From positions 2,624,001 through 2,688,000 of the forward strand of contig OZ252149.1 of assembly GCA_965248755.1 (NCBI GenBank): a DNA stretch of 64,000 nt, in the 5' to 3' direction. Under the pieces are notes generated by a model. It had not been told where the DNA came from. It made no database searches and was given only the letters and a program-made list of their open reading frames with translations. Made by a program: the position numbers and the translations under genes. Numbering within the stretch: position 1 is the stretch's first letter; every line of letters starts with the position of its first letter. This stretch comes from Candidatus Latescibacterota bacterium. GTDB taxonomy: Bacteria > Latescibacterota > CBDEFO01. Shown piece by piece: positions 1-9,114 of the stretch.

Positions 1-1
1 C

Positions 2-1009
2 CAATCCAGAGGAAAGATCGGATTTGAGTACGATGACAACACCTTTGAGGATATAAGCGGTGGAGCAGGAGGCATTCTCCTAAGAACATACATAAACAGC
101 AAATTACAGATTCTCACCCTCAAAAGAGCTTCTGGCTCTGTGAACTATCAGACAGGTGCGAAAAGATATATATCCCCTCTCAATAGAAGTGGGCTTTCGG
201 CTGGCAATCTGATAGCCAACGATCTGGATCTGAAGTTACGCCTGGGACTCCCTTTAAATGTGAGCGCATCGGGAGGGGCTAGGATCAAGCATAAAAAGGT
301 CTTCGGAGAAAGAGGAGAAAGGCTCTCCCCCGATGACGGCTATCTTTGGGGAACGGTATCCTTTTCGCTCAGCTTTCCTATCCTTAGGCCACTCGTAGGG
401 ACACTTACCTACGTCCGATCACTCCTGGACTTCGACAGCTTCGACGACTTCGACCGAAACGGGCACCAGTTTGATATCGGCATCGCATACAGATTCTACC
501 GAAGGTTCAAAGCCGGAGTGCACTTCAAAAGGAAGGAACTCGACTTTGAGGGAGCCGTCGTCCTGCCTCCCGAATCGGAGAACCCTTCACAAAGGAAGAG
601 AGAGGACACTTTCAGTCAGGTAGGGGTCGCATACCAGGCATACGTCCTCAAATCTCTTGTCGACTTTTCATACTCCTACCAGAGAAACTCATCTGTAAGC
701 TTCGGAAGTTCGTATAGGAGCAACGTCTTCAGAGTAATCATAGTCAAGCACATACCTCTCAGCTCGACCGTTCAGATCTATGCCAGAATACAGACAAGAC
801 GCTACTTCGACGACGTACAGATCCCCGATGAAGCGGAACCACTTACAGACGAAGACGAGCAGAACTCCCTCCAGATCAGAATATCCAAATCCCTTACCCC
901 AAGATGGGACATCCAGACTCAGTACAGGATCAACAGAGATGAGTCGTCCCGAAAGATCGAGTTATACACTAAGGGACTCTACTCCGTGTCCCTAAACTAT
1001 TCCTTCTGA
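2..1009 (+). CDS. Outer-membrane beta-barrel protein (5' end outside window)
   Basis: Frame open from position 2; alternating aromatic/hydrophobic strands; C-terminal YSVSLNYSF with terminal Phe. Confidence 0.65.
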   Translation, partial: QSRGKIGFEYDDNTFEDISGGAGGILLRTYINSKLQILTLKRASGSVNYQTGAKRYISPLNRSGLSAGNLIANDLDLKLRLGLPLNVSASGGARIKHKKVFGERGERLSPDDGYLWGTVSFSLSFPILRPLVGTLTYVRSLLDFDSFDDFDRNGHQFDIGIAYRFYRRFKAGVHFKRKELDFEGAVVLPPESENPSQRKREDTFSQVGVAYQAYVLKSLVDFSYSYQRNSSVSFGSSYRSNVFRVIIVKHIPLSSTVQIYARIQTRRYFDDVQIPDEAEPLTDEDEQNSLQIRISKSLTPRWDIQTQYRINRDESSRKIELYTKGLYSVSLNYSF

Positions 1010-1022
1010 AGAGCGTTATTTT

Positions 1023-1059
1023 TATCAGAAATCTGATACTCGACCCTCAGATTTCTGAG
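1023..1059. promoter_or_regulatory. Two TCAGA-N2-TCTGA palindromes, putative enhancer-binding-protein sites
   Basis: TATCAGAAATCTGATA (1023-1038) and CTCAGATTTCTGAG (1046-1059); centres 22 bp apart; ~100-130 bp upstream of a sigma54 motif. Confidence 0.5.
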
Positions 1060-1155
1060 ATTTGTCCGACGATCAAGGGTCCTTTTGCCCGCTCTGATGT
1101 GGCGTAAGGGACAGAAATGGCCTTTTACGACCGGAGAAATCGCCATTTAATCGTG

Positions 1156-1170
1156 TGGCACGAATGTTGC
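1156..1170 (+). promoter_or_regulatory. Sigma54 (-24/-12) promoter
   Basis: TGGCACGAATGTTGC matches TGGCACG-N4-TTGC, upstream of the serpin genes. Confidence 0.7.
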
Positions 1171-1439
1171 GTTTCGTTTTGTGCAGAGCAGCGACAATTC
1201 AAACCTTAAATCCCACACAAGAAAGGTTAATAACTGTGAAATTATGGATGCTGATAAAAGATATGAGCCTAATTGTTCTTGTATCAGGGCTTATGCTGTA
1301 TGTCGTCATCCAGATCGCCACTGTTCTGTTCTAACTTCAAGGAGCTGCCAGATGAAAAGGATGCTACTGTGTTTTGCGTTGATACCCGTTATTTGTGAAC
1401 CGGCTCTTTCACTTGCTCGTTTAATGAGGAGGTGACATC

Positions 1440-2708
1440 ATGTGCAAGATATTAAATTTCAGCTTCGTACTCTTGTTCTGCATCGGATTTACGCAATGCG
1501 GAGAACATAATCCCCTCTCACCGATTTTGAATGGGGCGCGCGACTTAACCGCAGCCGAAAAGCGTCTGGTCGAATCGGACAACAGATTCGGCATCAAACT
1601 CTTCAAGGCAATTGTCAAAGAAGAAGACTCCAAGGTGACATTTGCACCAGCACCCATAGAGGACAGAAACGTCTTTATGTCTCCGTTGAGCGTCTCTATG
1701 GCGCTGGGCATGACATACAACGGCACTAACGGGCGCACAGAGGAGGCGATGCGAAGGACGCTCGAACTAGATGATCTGACGATTCAGGAAATAAACGAGT
1801 CCTATAAAGGTCTGATAGAACTCTTAGCCAACCTCGATCCGAAGGTGAGATTTGATCTTGCAAATTCGATCTGGTATCGTCAGGGATACTCCTTTGAGGA
1901 GAAGTTCATGGATCTGAACAAGGCATATTTCGACGCCCAGGTGAGAGAGCTGGACTTCAGTGATCCGAGTGCCGTGGATATAATCAACGGATGGGTCAAT
2001 GACAATACCAACGGGAAAATCGATGAGATCGTGGACAGGATCGATGCTCGTACGGTGATGTTTCTGATTAATGCGATCTATTTTAAGGGAACATGGACCT
2101 ACCAGTTCGATGAAGAACTCACGAGAGACGATCTCTTTTTACCGCCCGACGGTTCAGAGAAATCGTGCAGGATGATGACTCAGAAGGGTGATTTCCAATA
2201 TTTTGAAAATTCCAATTTTCAAGCCGTCGATCTTCCCTACGGCGCCGGCGATTTCAGCATGGTCATCTTCCTTCCGCGCACGGAGAAGGACATGAATTCC
2301 CTGATTGAAGATTTTAATCAGGAGAACTGGGATCTCTGGATACACAGCTTTTCTGAACATGATGGGACTCTGCAATTGCCCAAGTTTACTCTTGAATATG
2401 AATTGGAACTGAACGATGTCTTGCAGGCGTTGGGGATGGGAATTGCTTTTTCGGGTCAGGCTGATTTTACCAAGATGTACAGACCAGGTGGTCTATTCAT
2501 CAGCAAGGTCAAGCATAAGACATTTGTAGACGTAGACGAAGAGGGCACAGAAGCCGCTGCAGTCACTTCTGTGGAGATACGTGTGACGGCAATTGCTCCC
2601 TCCGGTTTTTCAATGCGAGTTGACAGACCATTTGTATTTGCTATTCGAGAACATCGCACCGGCACCATACTGTTTATGGGCAGAATCGTTGCACCGACCT
2701 TGGGATAA
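1440..2708 (+). CDS. Serpin (serine protease inhibitor), probable lipoprotein
   Basis: SPLSVSMALGM, NAIYFKGTW, hinge EEGTEAAAVT, VDRPFVFAIRE; signal ending FTQC. Confidence 0.95.
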   Translation: MCKILNFSFVLLFCIGFTQCGEHNPLSPILNGARDLTAAEKRLVESDNRFGIKLFKAIVKEEDSKVTFAPAPIEDRNVFMSPLSVSMALGMTYNGTNGRTEEAMRRTLELDDLTIQEINESYKGLIELLANLDPKVRFDLANSIWYRQGYSFEEKFMDLNKAYFDAQVRELDFSDPSAVDIINGWVNDNTNGKIDEIVDRIDARTVMFLINAIYFKGTWTYQFDEELTRDDLFLPPDGSEKSCRMMTQKGDFQYFENSNFQAVDLPYGAGDFSMVIFLPRTEKDMNSLIEDFNQENWDLWIHSFSEHDGTLQLPKFTLEYELELNDVLQALGMGIAFSGQADFTKMYRPGGLFISKVKHKTFVDVDEEGTEAAAVTSVEIRVTAIAPSGFSMRVDRPFVFAIREHRTGTILFMGRIVAPTLG

Positions 2709-2727
2709 TAGGAGGAGAGATACCACC

Positions 2728-3963
2728 GTGTTAAACATATTGAACTTCATCTTTGTACTCCTGCTCTGCATCGGAATTGTGCAGTGTGGAGAGGATAGTA
2801 CACTCTCACCTATTGTGAGCAATCCGCGTGATTTAACCGCGGCTGAGAAGCGTCTGGTCGAGTCGGACAACAGATTCGGACTTAAGCTTTTCAAGGAGAT
2901 TATCAGAGGCGAGGAGGACAAGAACGTCTTCATCTCACCTTTGAGTGTCTCAATGGCGTTGGGGATGACCTACAACGGCGCGAATGGGAGCACAGAGGAG
3001 GCGATGCGAAGGACGCTCGAACTAGATGATCTGACGATTCAGGAGATAAACGAGTCCTACAAGGGGTTGATAGAACTGTTAGCCAACCTCGATCCGAAGG
3101 TGAGATTCGATCTTGCGAACTCGATCTGGTATCGTCAGGGATTAGCCTTTGAGGAGGACTTTATCGATCTGAACAGGGCGTATTTCGATGCTCAAGTAAG
3201 AGGGTTGGATTTCGACAATCCGAACGCGTCGGACATAATCAACGAGTGGGTGGATGCGAGTACTGAGAGCAAGATTGAAGAGATCGTGCCGAAGGAGATC
3301 GATCCCAGTACGGTAATGTATCTTATCAACGCAATCTATTTCAAGGGCAGTTGGACCTACGAGTTCGATGAGAGCCTGACGAAAGATGATCTCTTTAGTT
3401 TGCCCGACGGTTCACAAAAGTCTTGCAAGATGATGAAGCAGGAAGGAGGCTTTCGATATTTCGAGAACTCCGACTTTCAGGCGGTCGATCTACCCTATGG
3501 AGATGGCGACTTCAGCATGACCGTTTTTCTCCCGCGCATAGGAAAGGACGTGGATTTCCTGATTGAAGAATTTAGTCAGGAGAACTGGGATCTTTGGATA
3601 AACAGTTTCTCCGAACATGAGTTGACTCTGCAATTGCCCAAGTTTACCCTCGAATATGACCTGACTCTGAACGATGTCCTGAAGGAGTTGGGGATGGAGG
3701 TCGCCTTCGACCGCGACCTAGCCGATTTTACCAAGATGTATACAGGGCCAGGTCGTTTGTACATCAGCAAGGTGAAGCATAAGACGTTCGTAAAGGTAAA
3801 CGAAGAGGGCACGGAGGCTGCGGCGGTTACTGCCGTGGATATGCAGATCGATTCGGTGCCCCCTTCGATGCGGGTAGACAGACCGTTCGTATTTGCGATC
3901 AGGGAGAACCGATCCGGGGCGATACTCTTTATGGGCAAGATCGTCGAGCCGACCTTGGGATAA
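2728..3963 (+). CDS. Serpin paralog 2, probable lipoprotein
   Basis: Same serpin motifs; GTG start at 2728 after GGAGG; signal ending IVQC. Confidence 0.95.
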   Translation: MLNILNFIFVLLLCIGIVQCGEDSTLSPIVSNPRDLTAAEKRLVESDNRFGLKLFKEIIRGEEDKNVFISPLSVSMALGMTYNGANGSTEEAMRRTLELDDLTIQEINESYKGLIELLANLDPKVRFDLANSIWYRQGLAFEEDFIDLNRAYFDAQVRGLDFDNPNASDIINEWVDASTESKIEEIVPKEIDPSTVMYLINAIYFKGSWTYEFDESLTKDDLFSLPDGSQKSCKMMKQEGGFRYFENSDFQAVDLPYGDGDFSMTVFLPRIGKDVDFLIEEFSQENWDLWINSFSEHELTLQLPKFTLEYDLTLNDVLKELGMEVAFDRDLADFTKMYTGPGRLYISKVKHKTFVKVNEEGTEAAAVTAVDMQIDSVPPSMRVDRPFVFAIRENRSGAILFMGKIVEPTLG

Positions 3964-4027
3964 GAGTCGAAGATCAAGTTACGGAGTGGTCGCACCACCG
4001 TTAATCCAAAATCATAAGGAGGACGAA

Positions 4028-4666
4028 ATAAAAACTATCGCGACAAGTCTTCTCATAGTGCTCTGCTCTATTACCGTAGTAAATGGGAAGCTAATTTTTA
4101 ACCAGGATTATGAGAGAGGTCTGGCCGATTGGACTCCGGGTTTCGATCTGCCTTTGGATCCTAACAACCCCGATAGTACGAGCCTGGTAGCCTGGGAGGT
4201 CGTCCCCCCAGACGAGCGGGTATTCTCCGGTGATCGGTCGCTCAAGCTCTTCATAGACGGTCGGCAAGACGACGGCACGGTCTGGCTCGCCGGGGAATTT
4301 CCCTCCTACCCGAGGCAGAACACGGACGTCAATGTGAATTTCCGGTTCTGGAGTCCGTTTAAGGGCGGCTTTAACAATCTGGCCTTTGTGGTCGGCTATA
4401 TCGGACAGAAAGAACCGAGGGCTGAGAGGGATTTTAAACTCCTGACTCCGATTGTCGAGGTGGGAGAGTGGGATCTGCTTTCCTTTTCATTCTCAGTGCC
4501 GCCCAACAAGGCAGAAAGTGTCTGGGTTGCCGTTGGGTTCACGGTCACGTGGGAGTCCGAGCAGACCTATTACATAGATGATGTAGTTGTGGAGGTCAGC
4601 GGTTCTCGACCGACGGCTGTGGAGGCGATCTCATGGGGTGAGATTAAGAGCTGGAGCCAACGGTAG
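4028..4666 (+). CDS. Secreted beta-sandwich-like protein with TAVE..SWGxIK tail; apparent ATA start
   Basis: AGGAGG-N5-ATA AAA precedes a signal peptide (KTIATSLLIVLCS); ends PTAVEAISWGEIKSWSQR. Confidence 0.6.
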   Translation: MKTIATSLLIVLCSITVVNGKLIFNQDYERGLADWTPGFDLPLDPNNPDSTSLVAWEVVPPDERVFSGDRSLKLFIDGRQDDGTVWLAGEFPSYPRQNTDVNVNFRFWSPFKGGFNNLAFVVGYIGQKEPRAERDFKLLTPIVEVGEWDLLSFSFSVPPNKAESVWVAVGFTVTWESEQTYYIDDVVVEVSGSRPTAVEAISWGEIKSWSQR

Positions 4667-4702
4667 ACGGTTACAATTGAAGATTGGTTAAGGAGAAATA
4701 AT

Positions 4703-5113
4703 ATGATCTCCGGCATCAACCATATAACACTGTCCGTGAGGAATGTAGAGGAGTCCTTCGTCTTCTACACTCAAGTTTTGGGGTTTCAGCCTGCGGCGAA
4801 ATGGCCCAGAGGTGCTTATCTATTGGCCGATAACGTCTGGATTGCTCTCGTCCTGGATCGACATGTCCAAGAGAGCGTGCTTCCCGAATATACACACATC
4901 GCTTTTACCGTCTGCCCTCAGAACTTCGAAGCTCTGAGTGAGCGCATAACGCTTTCTGAGGCAGAGATTTGGCAGGATAATTGGACTGAAGGGGCATCTC
5001 TTTACTTTTTGGATCCTAATGGACATAAGCTGGAGATTCATGCGTCTGACCTCGAAACCCGAATAAGAACAGCAAAAGAGAGTCCGTGGGAGGGCTTGAA
5101 GTTCTATGTATAG
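4703..5113 (+). CDS. VOC/glyoxalase protein, fosfomycin thiol-transferase (FosA)-like
   Basis: GINHITLSV, GAYL, YTHIAF, SLYFLDPNGHKLEIH. Confidence 0.75.
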   Translation: MISGINHITLSVRNVEESFVFYTQVLGFQPAAKWPRGAYLLADNVWIALVLDRHVQESVLPEYTHIAFTVCPQNFEALSERITLSEAEIWQDNWTEGASLYFLDPNGHKLEIHASDLETRIRTAKESPWEGLKFYV

Positions 5114-5151
5114 CCGGCAATGTGCAATCGTAACTTTAGGAGGTCGATAAG

Positions 5152-6384
5152 ATGAAAAGCATACTATTATCTTTTGTACTGATATTTCTGGTCTCTACAT
5201 CGTCCCACTCGCAGACACCGCGCATAGACGTGGTCTTCCTCTTAGATGCTACAGGGAGCATGGCGGACGAGATAGCCGTGGTCAAGGGTAAGATCAGGGA
5301 TATCATCACCGAAATCTCGCTTGGTGATCCCGCTCCCGACGTCAGGTTCGGAATTGTAGCCTACAGGGACAGAGGAGATGAATACGTGACCAGGTCATTC
5401 CCGCTCACAAGAGACCTCGATTCTATTGTGGAGAATCTAGAATCTATAGAGGCCGCCGGAGGTGGCGACTACGAGGAGAGCCTGAACGAGGCCCTGCACG
5501 TTGCCATAAACCAGATGAACTGGGACCTCGGTCCCCAAACGGTCAAGATCATCTTTCTGATCGCCGACGCTCCGCCGCACACAGATTATCCCGACGACTA
5601 CGATTACTGGGACGAGATACCTATAGCTCTGGAGAAGTTCATTATCGTCTACGCCATAGGAGCCAGCGGATTGAGTGAGGAGGGAGAAAGGATATTCACG
5701 GAGATAGCCGAGGGCACAGAGGGGACTTTTCAGTGGCTCACATATCAGAGGGAATTTGTCGATTCTGAAGGAGATACGGTGCTCGTCACCACAAAAGGAC
5801 GGGAAACTTCCTACACCAAGGGCGACAGCACGTGGATACCGTCGGAAGGAGAGGTCATATTCGCTGGAGAAGGACCAGGTGAAGGAGACGTTGTAACCGT
5901 AGGTGGAGAGCCTGGAAGGGGTGGAGACACCGGAACAGGTGGCGGTGGTACAGCAGTGGGAACTGCGGTGAACAATCTGGAAGCGCTAGTGACGGAGACC
6001 ATCAAAAGGCAGGCTAAGGAAAAAGGGGTAGAATACGAAGATCCCACGGCTGTCGAGGAAGAAACGGACACAGGCACATCGATACCAGAGCTATTTACGT
6101 TGGGAGATAACTTCCCCAATCCATTCAACCCAGCGACCGTGATTCCGTTCACAATAGCCTCAAGTTACGGATTCTCTATCAGATACGAGCTATCAGTCTA
6201 CGATATACTCGGGAAAAAGGTAAAAACCCTCTTTGAAGGGGGACTTTCCCCAGGAGAATACACTGTCGGATGGGACGGCACTGACGATGGAGGTAGGCAG
6301 GTCTCAAGCGGGATCTATCTGTACCGACTCAGTGCAGTGAACGGCTCGTTCTTGCAGGTTAAAAAGATGACATTGGCAAGATAA
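5152..6384 (+). CDS. Secreted VWA-domain protein with FlgD-Ig/T9SS-like C-terminal domain
   Basis: Signal peptide; MIDAS DATGSM; NFPNPFNP...WDGTD...SSGIYLYRL...KKMTLAR. Confidence 0.88.
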   Translation: MKSILLSFVLIFLVSTSSHSQTPRIDVVFLLDATGSMADEIAVVKGKIRDIITEISLGDPAPDVRFGIVAYRDRGDEYVTRSFPLTRDLDSIVENLESIEAAGGGDYEESLNEALHVAINQMNWDLGPQTVKIIFLIADAPPHTDYPDDYDYWDEIPIALEKFIIVYAIGASGLSEEGERIFTEIAEGTEGTFQWLTYQREFVDSEGDTVLVTTKGRETSYTKGDSTWIPSEGEVIFAGEGPGEGDVVTVGGEPGRGGDTGTGGGGTAVGTAVNNLEALVTETIKRQAKEKGVEYEDPTAVEEETDTGTSIPELFTLGDNFPNPFNPATVIPFTIASSYGFSIRYELSVYDILGKKVKTLFEGGLSPGEYTVGWDGTDDGGRQVSSGIYLYRLSAVNGSFLQVKKMTLAR

Positions 6385-6503
6385 TTGAACTGCAAACGGT
6401 GAGGTAGTCTGAGTGATATTGCTTCCCCCCGATAGATCCAATCGAGGGGCGAAAACCCCGAAGCAATCTCCCTGTCTGCTAAAACCCCATGGAGGTGATC
6501 TAA

Positions 6504-8909
6504 ATGAAATTCATTATGATTATGATTGCCATTCTCGCATTCGCAACATCTGTCCTTGCCGACGGCATAATACTACCTGAGCCTTGGGTTGACATCTCGA
6601 TCAAATATCACAGGGTCGAAGTTCAGATAAGGGATCAGGCCACGACCACGTTCATAGATCAAGTCTTCATAAACAACGCCAACTTCGACGTCGAAGGGAT
6701 CTACATGTTTCCCATCCCTGAAGGGGCGTCAATATCGGCATTCTCCATGTTCGTGGATGGAGAGCCTTTGAACGCCGAGATCCTGCCTGCCGACGAGGCG
6801 AGAAGGATATACGAGGATATAGTCAGACAGAGAATCGATCCGGCGCTCTTGGAATACGCAGGGCAGGGCGCATACAGGGCCAGGATCTTTCCGATCCCCG
6901 CGAACGGAGAGAAGCGGGTTCAGCTCTCCTACGACGAGATCATAGAGAGAGAGAATGACGTTTTGAAGTACACTTATCCGCTCAACACAGAGAAGTTCTC
7001 ATCCGAGTCGTTGGAGGATGTATCCGTAAGCGTCCAGATCAACTCCACAGATCCTATAAAGACCATCTACTCCCCGTCTCATGACATCGCGATCATAAAG
7101 TCGGACGACCACAATGCGCTGGCCATCTACGCCGATGAGGACACGACACCCACACAGGACTTCGTCCTCTACTACACCATATCAGAGGACAATGTGGGGA
7201 TCAATCTCTTGACATTCAGGGAAGAGGGTCTGGACGGATTCTATCTGTTATTGGCGTCGCCCAAGGTGGAGATAGCAGAAGATGAGATAGTAAATAAGAG
7301 GATGATATTCATACTCGATACGTCGGGGAGCATGAGCAGAGATAACAAGATGGAACAGGCAAAAGAGGCGTTAAAGTTCGTTCTGGACAACCTGAACGCT
7401 ACGGATGAGTTCAACATCGTGGCTTACAATACGATAGTGTCGGAGTTCTCTGATGTCTCCCTGCAGGCCACGCCGGAGAACGTCCTGAACGCCAAGGACT
7501 TCGTGGACGAACTCTTTGCAGGCGGCGGGACGAACATCAACGGTGCGTTTATAAGTGGACTGAGCTTTGTGGGGGAGGACGACCTGACAAACATGATGAT
7601 CTTCCTAACGGATGGTAAGCCGACCATAGGGGTTACAGAGAACAAACAGATCATAAGTAACGTCCAGAACGCCAACACACAAAACGTCAGGCTATTCGTC
7701 TTCGGAGTGGGATACGGCGTCAATACCATCCTTCTAGACGCCCTCTCAAGCCAGAACAGCGGTATATCGTCCTATGTGACACCCGAGGAGGACATCGAAG
7801 TCGAGGTTTCATCGTTCTACAGCAAGGTCAGCAACCCTGTCCTTTCCAATCTGGTTCTGGATTTTTCGAGCATCAGTGTCCTCGACTTCTACCCACAGGA
7901 GCTCCCTGATCTGTTTAAGGGCTCACAGATAATACAGTTGGGACGCTTCAGGGAAGACGGAACCAACGCGGTCATCCTGTCGGGAGACGTAAACGGCTCT
8001 CCGCTGGTCTTCCAAAGGGAAGTGGACTTCCCGCTTTTGAGCCTGGAGAACGACTTCATACCGAGGCTCTGGGCCACACGGAAGATCGGATTTTTAATTA
8101 ACCAGATAAGACTGCACGGACAGGATCAGGAGCTTGTGGACGAGATAATCTCCCTGTCTAAGGAATACGGCATAATCACCCCCTACACCTCGTTCCTTAT
8201 AGTTGAGGACGAAGTCCCACCCACCTTTGCGGATGGCTTTACAAAGGAGAGCGGAGCGGAAGCTGTAGCAGCTTCCGACGCCGCTGCTGGCTACAGCAGG
8301 GCCTCTAATGCTGAGGGAGTACAGAAAGAAGGGGTGAAATATGTGGGGAATAAGACGTTTTTCTTGAGAGACGGATTCTGGCAGGACAGCCGCTATACAA
8401 AGGGAGATCCTGCACTCGATTTCCGCTACGGAAGCGAAAGATATTTTAACCTAATAGCTCAGAGGCCGGAGATCGGACGCTACCTCGCATTAGGAACGAA
8501 CCTCATAGTCAAGTTCGAGGGGCAGACCTACAGGATAGGCGAAAGCATAACGGCTGTGGAGGAGGAAGGTGACAAGGGATCGTCCCTTCCCGATCAGTTC
8601 CAACTGGATCAGAACTTCCCGAACCCGTTCAATCCCAGGACCACTATCCGTTTTGCGGTACAACCTGAGGGTCAAAGAGCAACGGTGGGTCACACATTCC
8701 TGTCTGACATAGAACTGTCCGTCTATAACCTATCTGGACAGAGGATAAGGACACTTTTCTCCGGCAAGATGGAAAGCGGAGAGAATGCAGTTACGTGGGA
8801 CGGGAAAGACAAGGTTGGAAAAGACGTTGCAAGCGGAGTCTATCTATACAGATTGGATGTGGGTAAGGACAGCTTTACAAAGACGAGAAAGATGGTCTTG
8901 ATGAGATAG
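6504..8909 (+). CDS. Secreted VIT + VWA protein with FlgD-Ig/T9SS-like CTD
   Basis: VIT (YEDIVRQRIDPALLEY), VWA DTSGSM/TDG, RLWATRKI, ITPYTSFL; CTD NFPNPFNP. Confidence 0.9.
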   Translation: MKFIMIMIAILAFATSVLADGIILPEPWVDISIKYHRVEVQIRDQATTTFIDQVFINNANFDVEGIYMFPIPEGASISAFSMFVDGEPLNAEILPADEARRIYEDIVRQRIDPALLEYAGQGAYRARIFPIPANGEKRVQLSYDEIIERENDVLKYTYPLNTEKFSSESLEDVSVSVQINSTDPIKTIYSPSHDIAIIKSDDHNALAIYADEDTTPTQDFVLYYTISEDNVGINLLTFREEGLDGFYLLLASPKVEIAEDEIVNKRMIFILDTSGSMSRDNKMEQAKEALKFVLDNLNATDEFNIVAYNTIVSEFSDVSLQATPENVLNAKDFVDELFAGGGTNINGAFISGLSFVGEDDLTNMMIFLTDGKPTIGVTENKQIISNVQNANTQNVRLFVFGVGYGVNTILLDALSSQNSGISSYVTPEEDIEVEVSSFYSKVSNPVLSNLVLDFSSISVLDFYPQELPDLFKGSQIIQLGRFREDGTNAVILSGDVNGSPLVFQREVDFPLLSLENDFIPRLWATRKIGFLINQIRLHGQDQELVDEIISLSKEYGIITPYTSFLIVEDEVPPTFADGFTKESGAEAVAASDAAAGYSRASNAEGVQKEGVKYVGNKTFFLRDGFWQDSRYTKGDPALDFRYGSERYFNLIAQRPEIGRYLALGTNLIVKFEGQTYRIGESITAVEEEGDKGSSLPDQFQLDQNFPNPFNPRTTIRFAVQPEGQRATVGHTFLSDIELSVYNLSGQRIRTLFSGKMESGENAVTWDGKDKVGKDVASGVYLYRLDVGKDSFTKTRKMVLMR

Positions 8910-8932
8910 TCCTCTTTTCATCGGAGAGTCAT

Positions 8933-8973
8933 AGAAGAGCCGAAGCTCAGTTTCTAAGGGCTTCGGCTCTTCT
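8933..8973 (+). terminator. Intrinsic terminator-like hairpin (second copy at 14204-14244)
   Basis: AGAAGAGCCGAAGC...GCTTCGGCTCTTCT inverted repeat after stop. Confidence 0.75.
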
Positions 8974-9114
8974 TGTTTGACCGATGAACTTTTTGTTGAC
9001 ATTTGTTTCATTTTACTTTATTATTTTGACAATCTTCATCTTTTTTTCTGACATTTGTCTCATTTTGTGAGCCGTATCACGGTGCAGATACTAAATGTAG
9101 GGAGGGATAGTAAA

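Noticed and set aside
1181..1435. 84-aa ORF upstream of the serpins, and the many antisense/overlapping ORFs in the track
   Set aside because: No SD or recognisable motifs; the others are shadows of real genes
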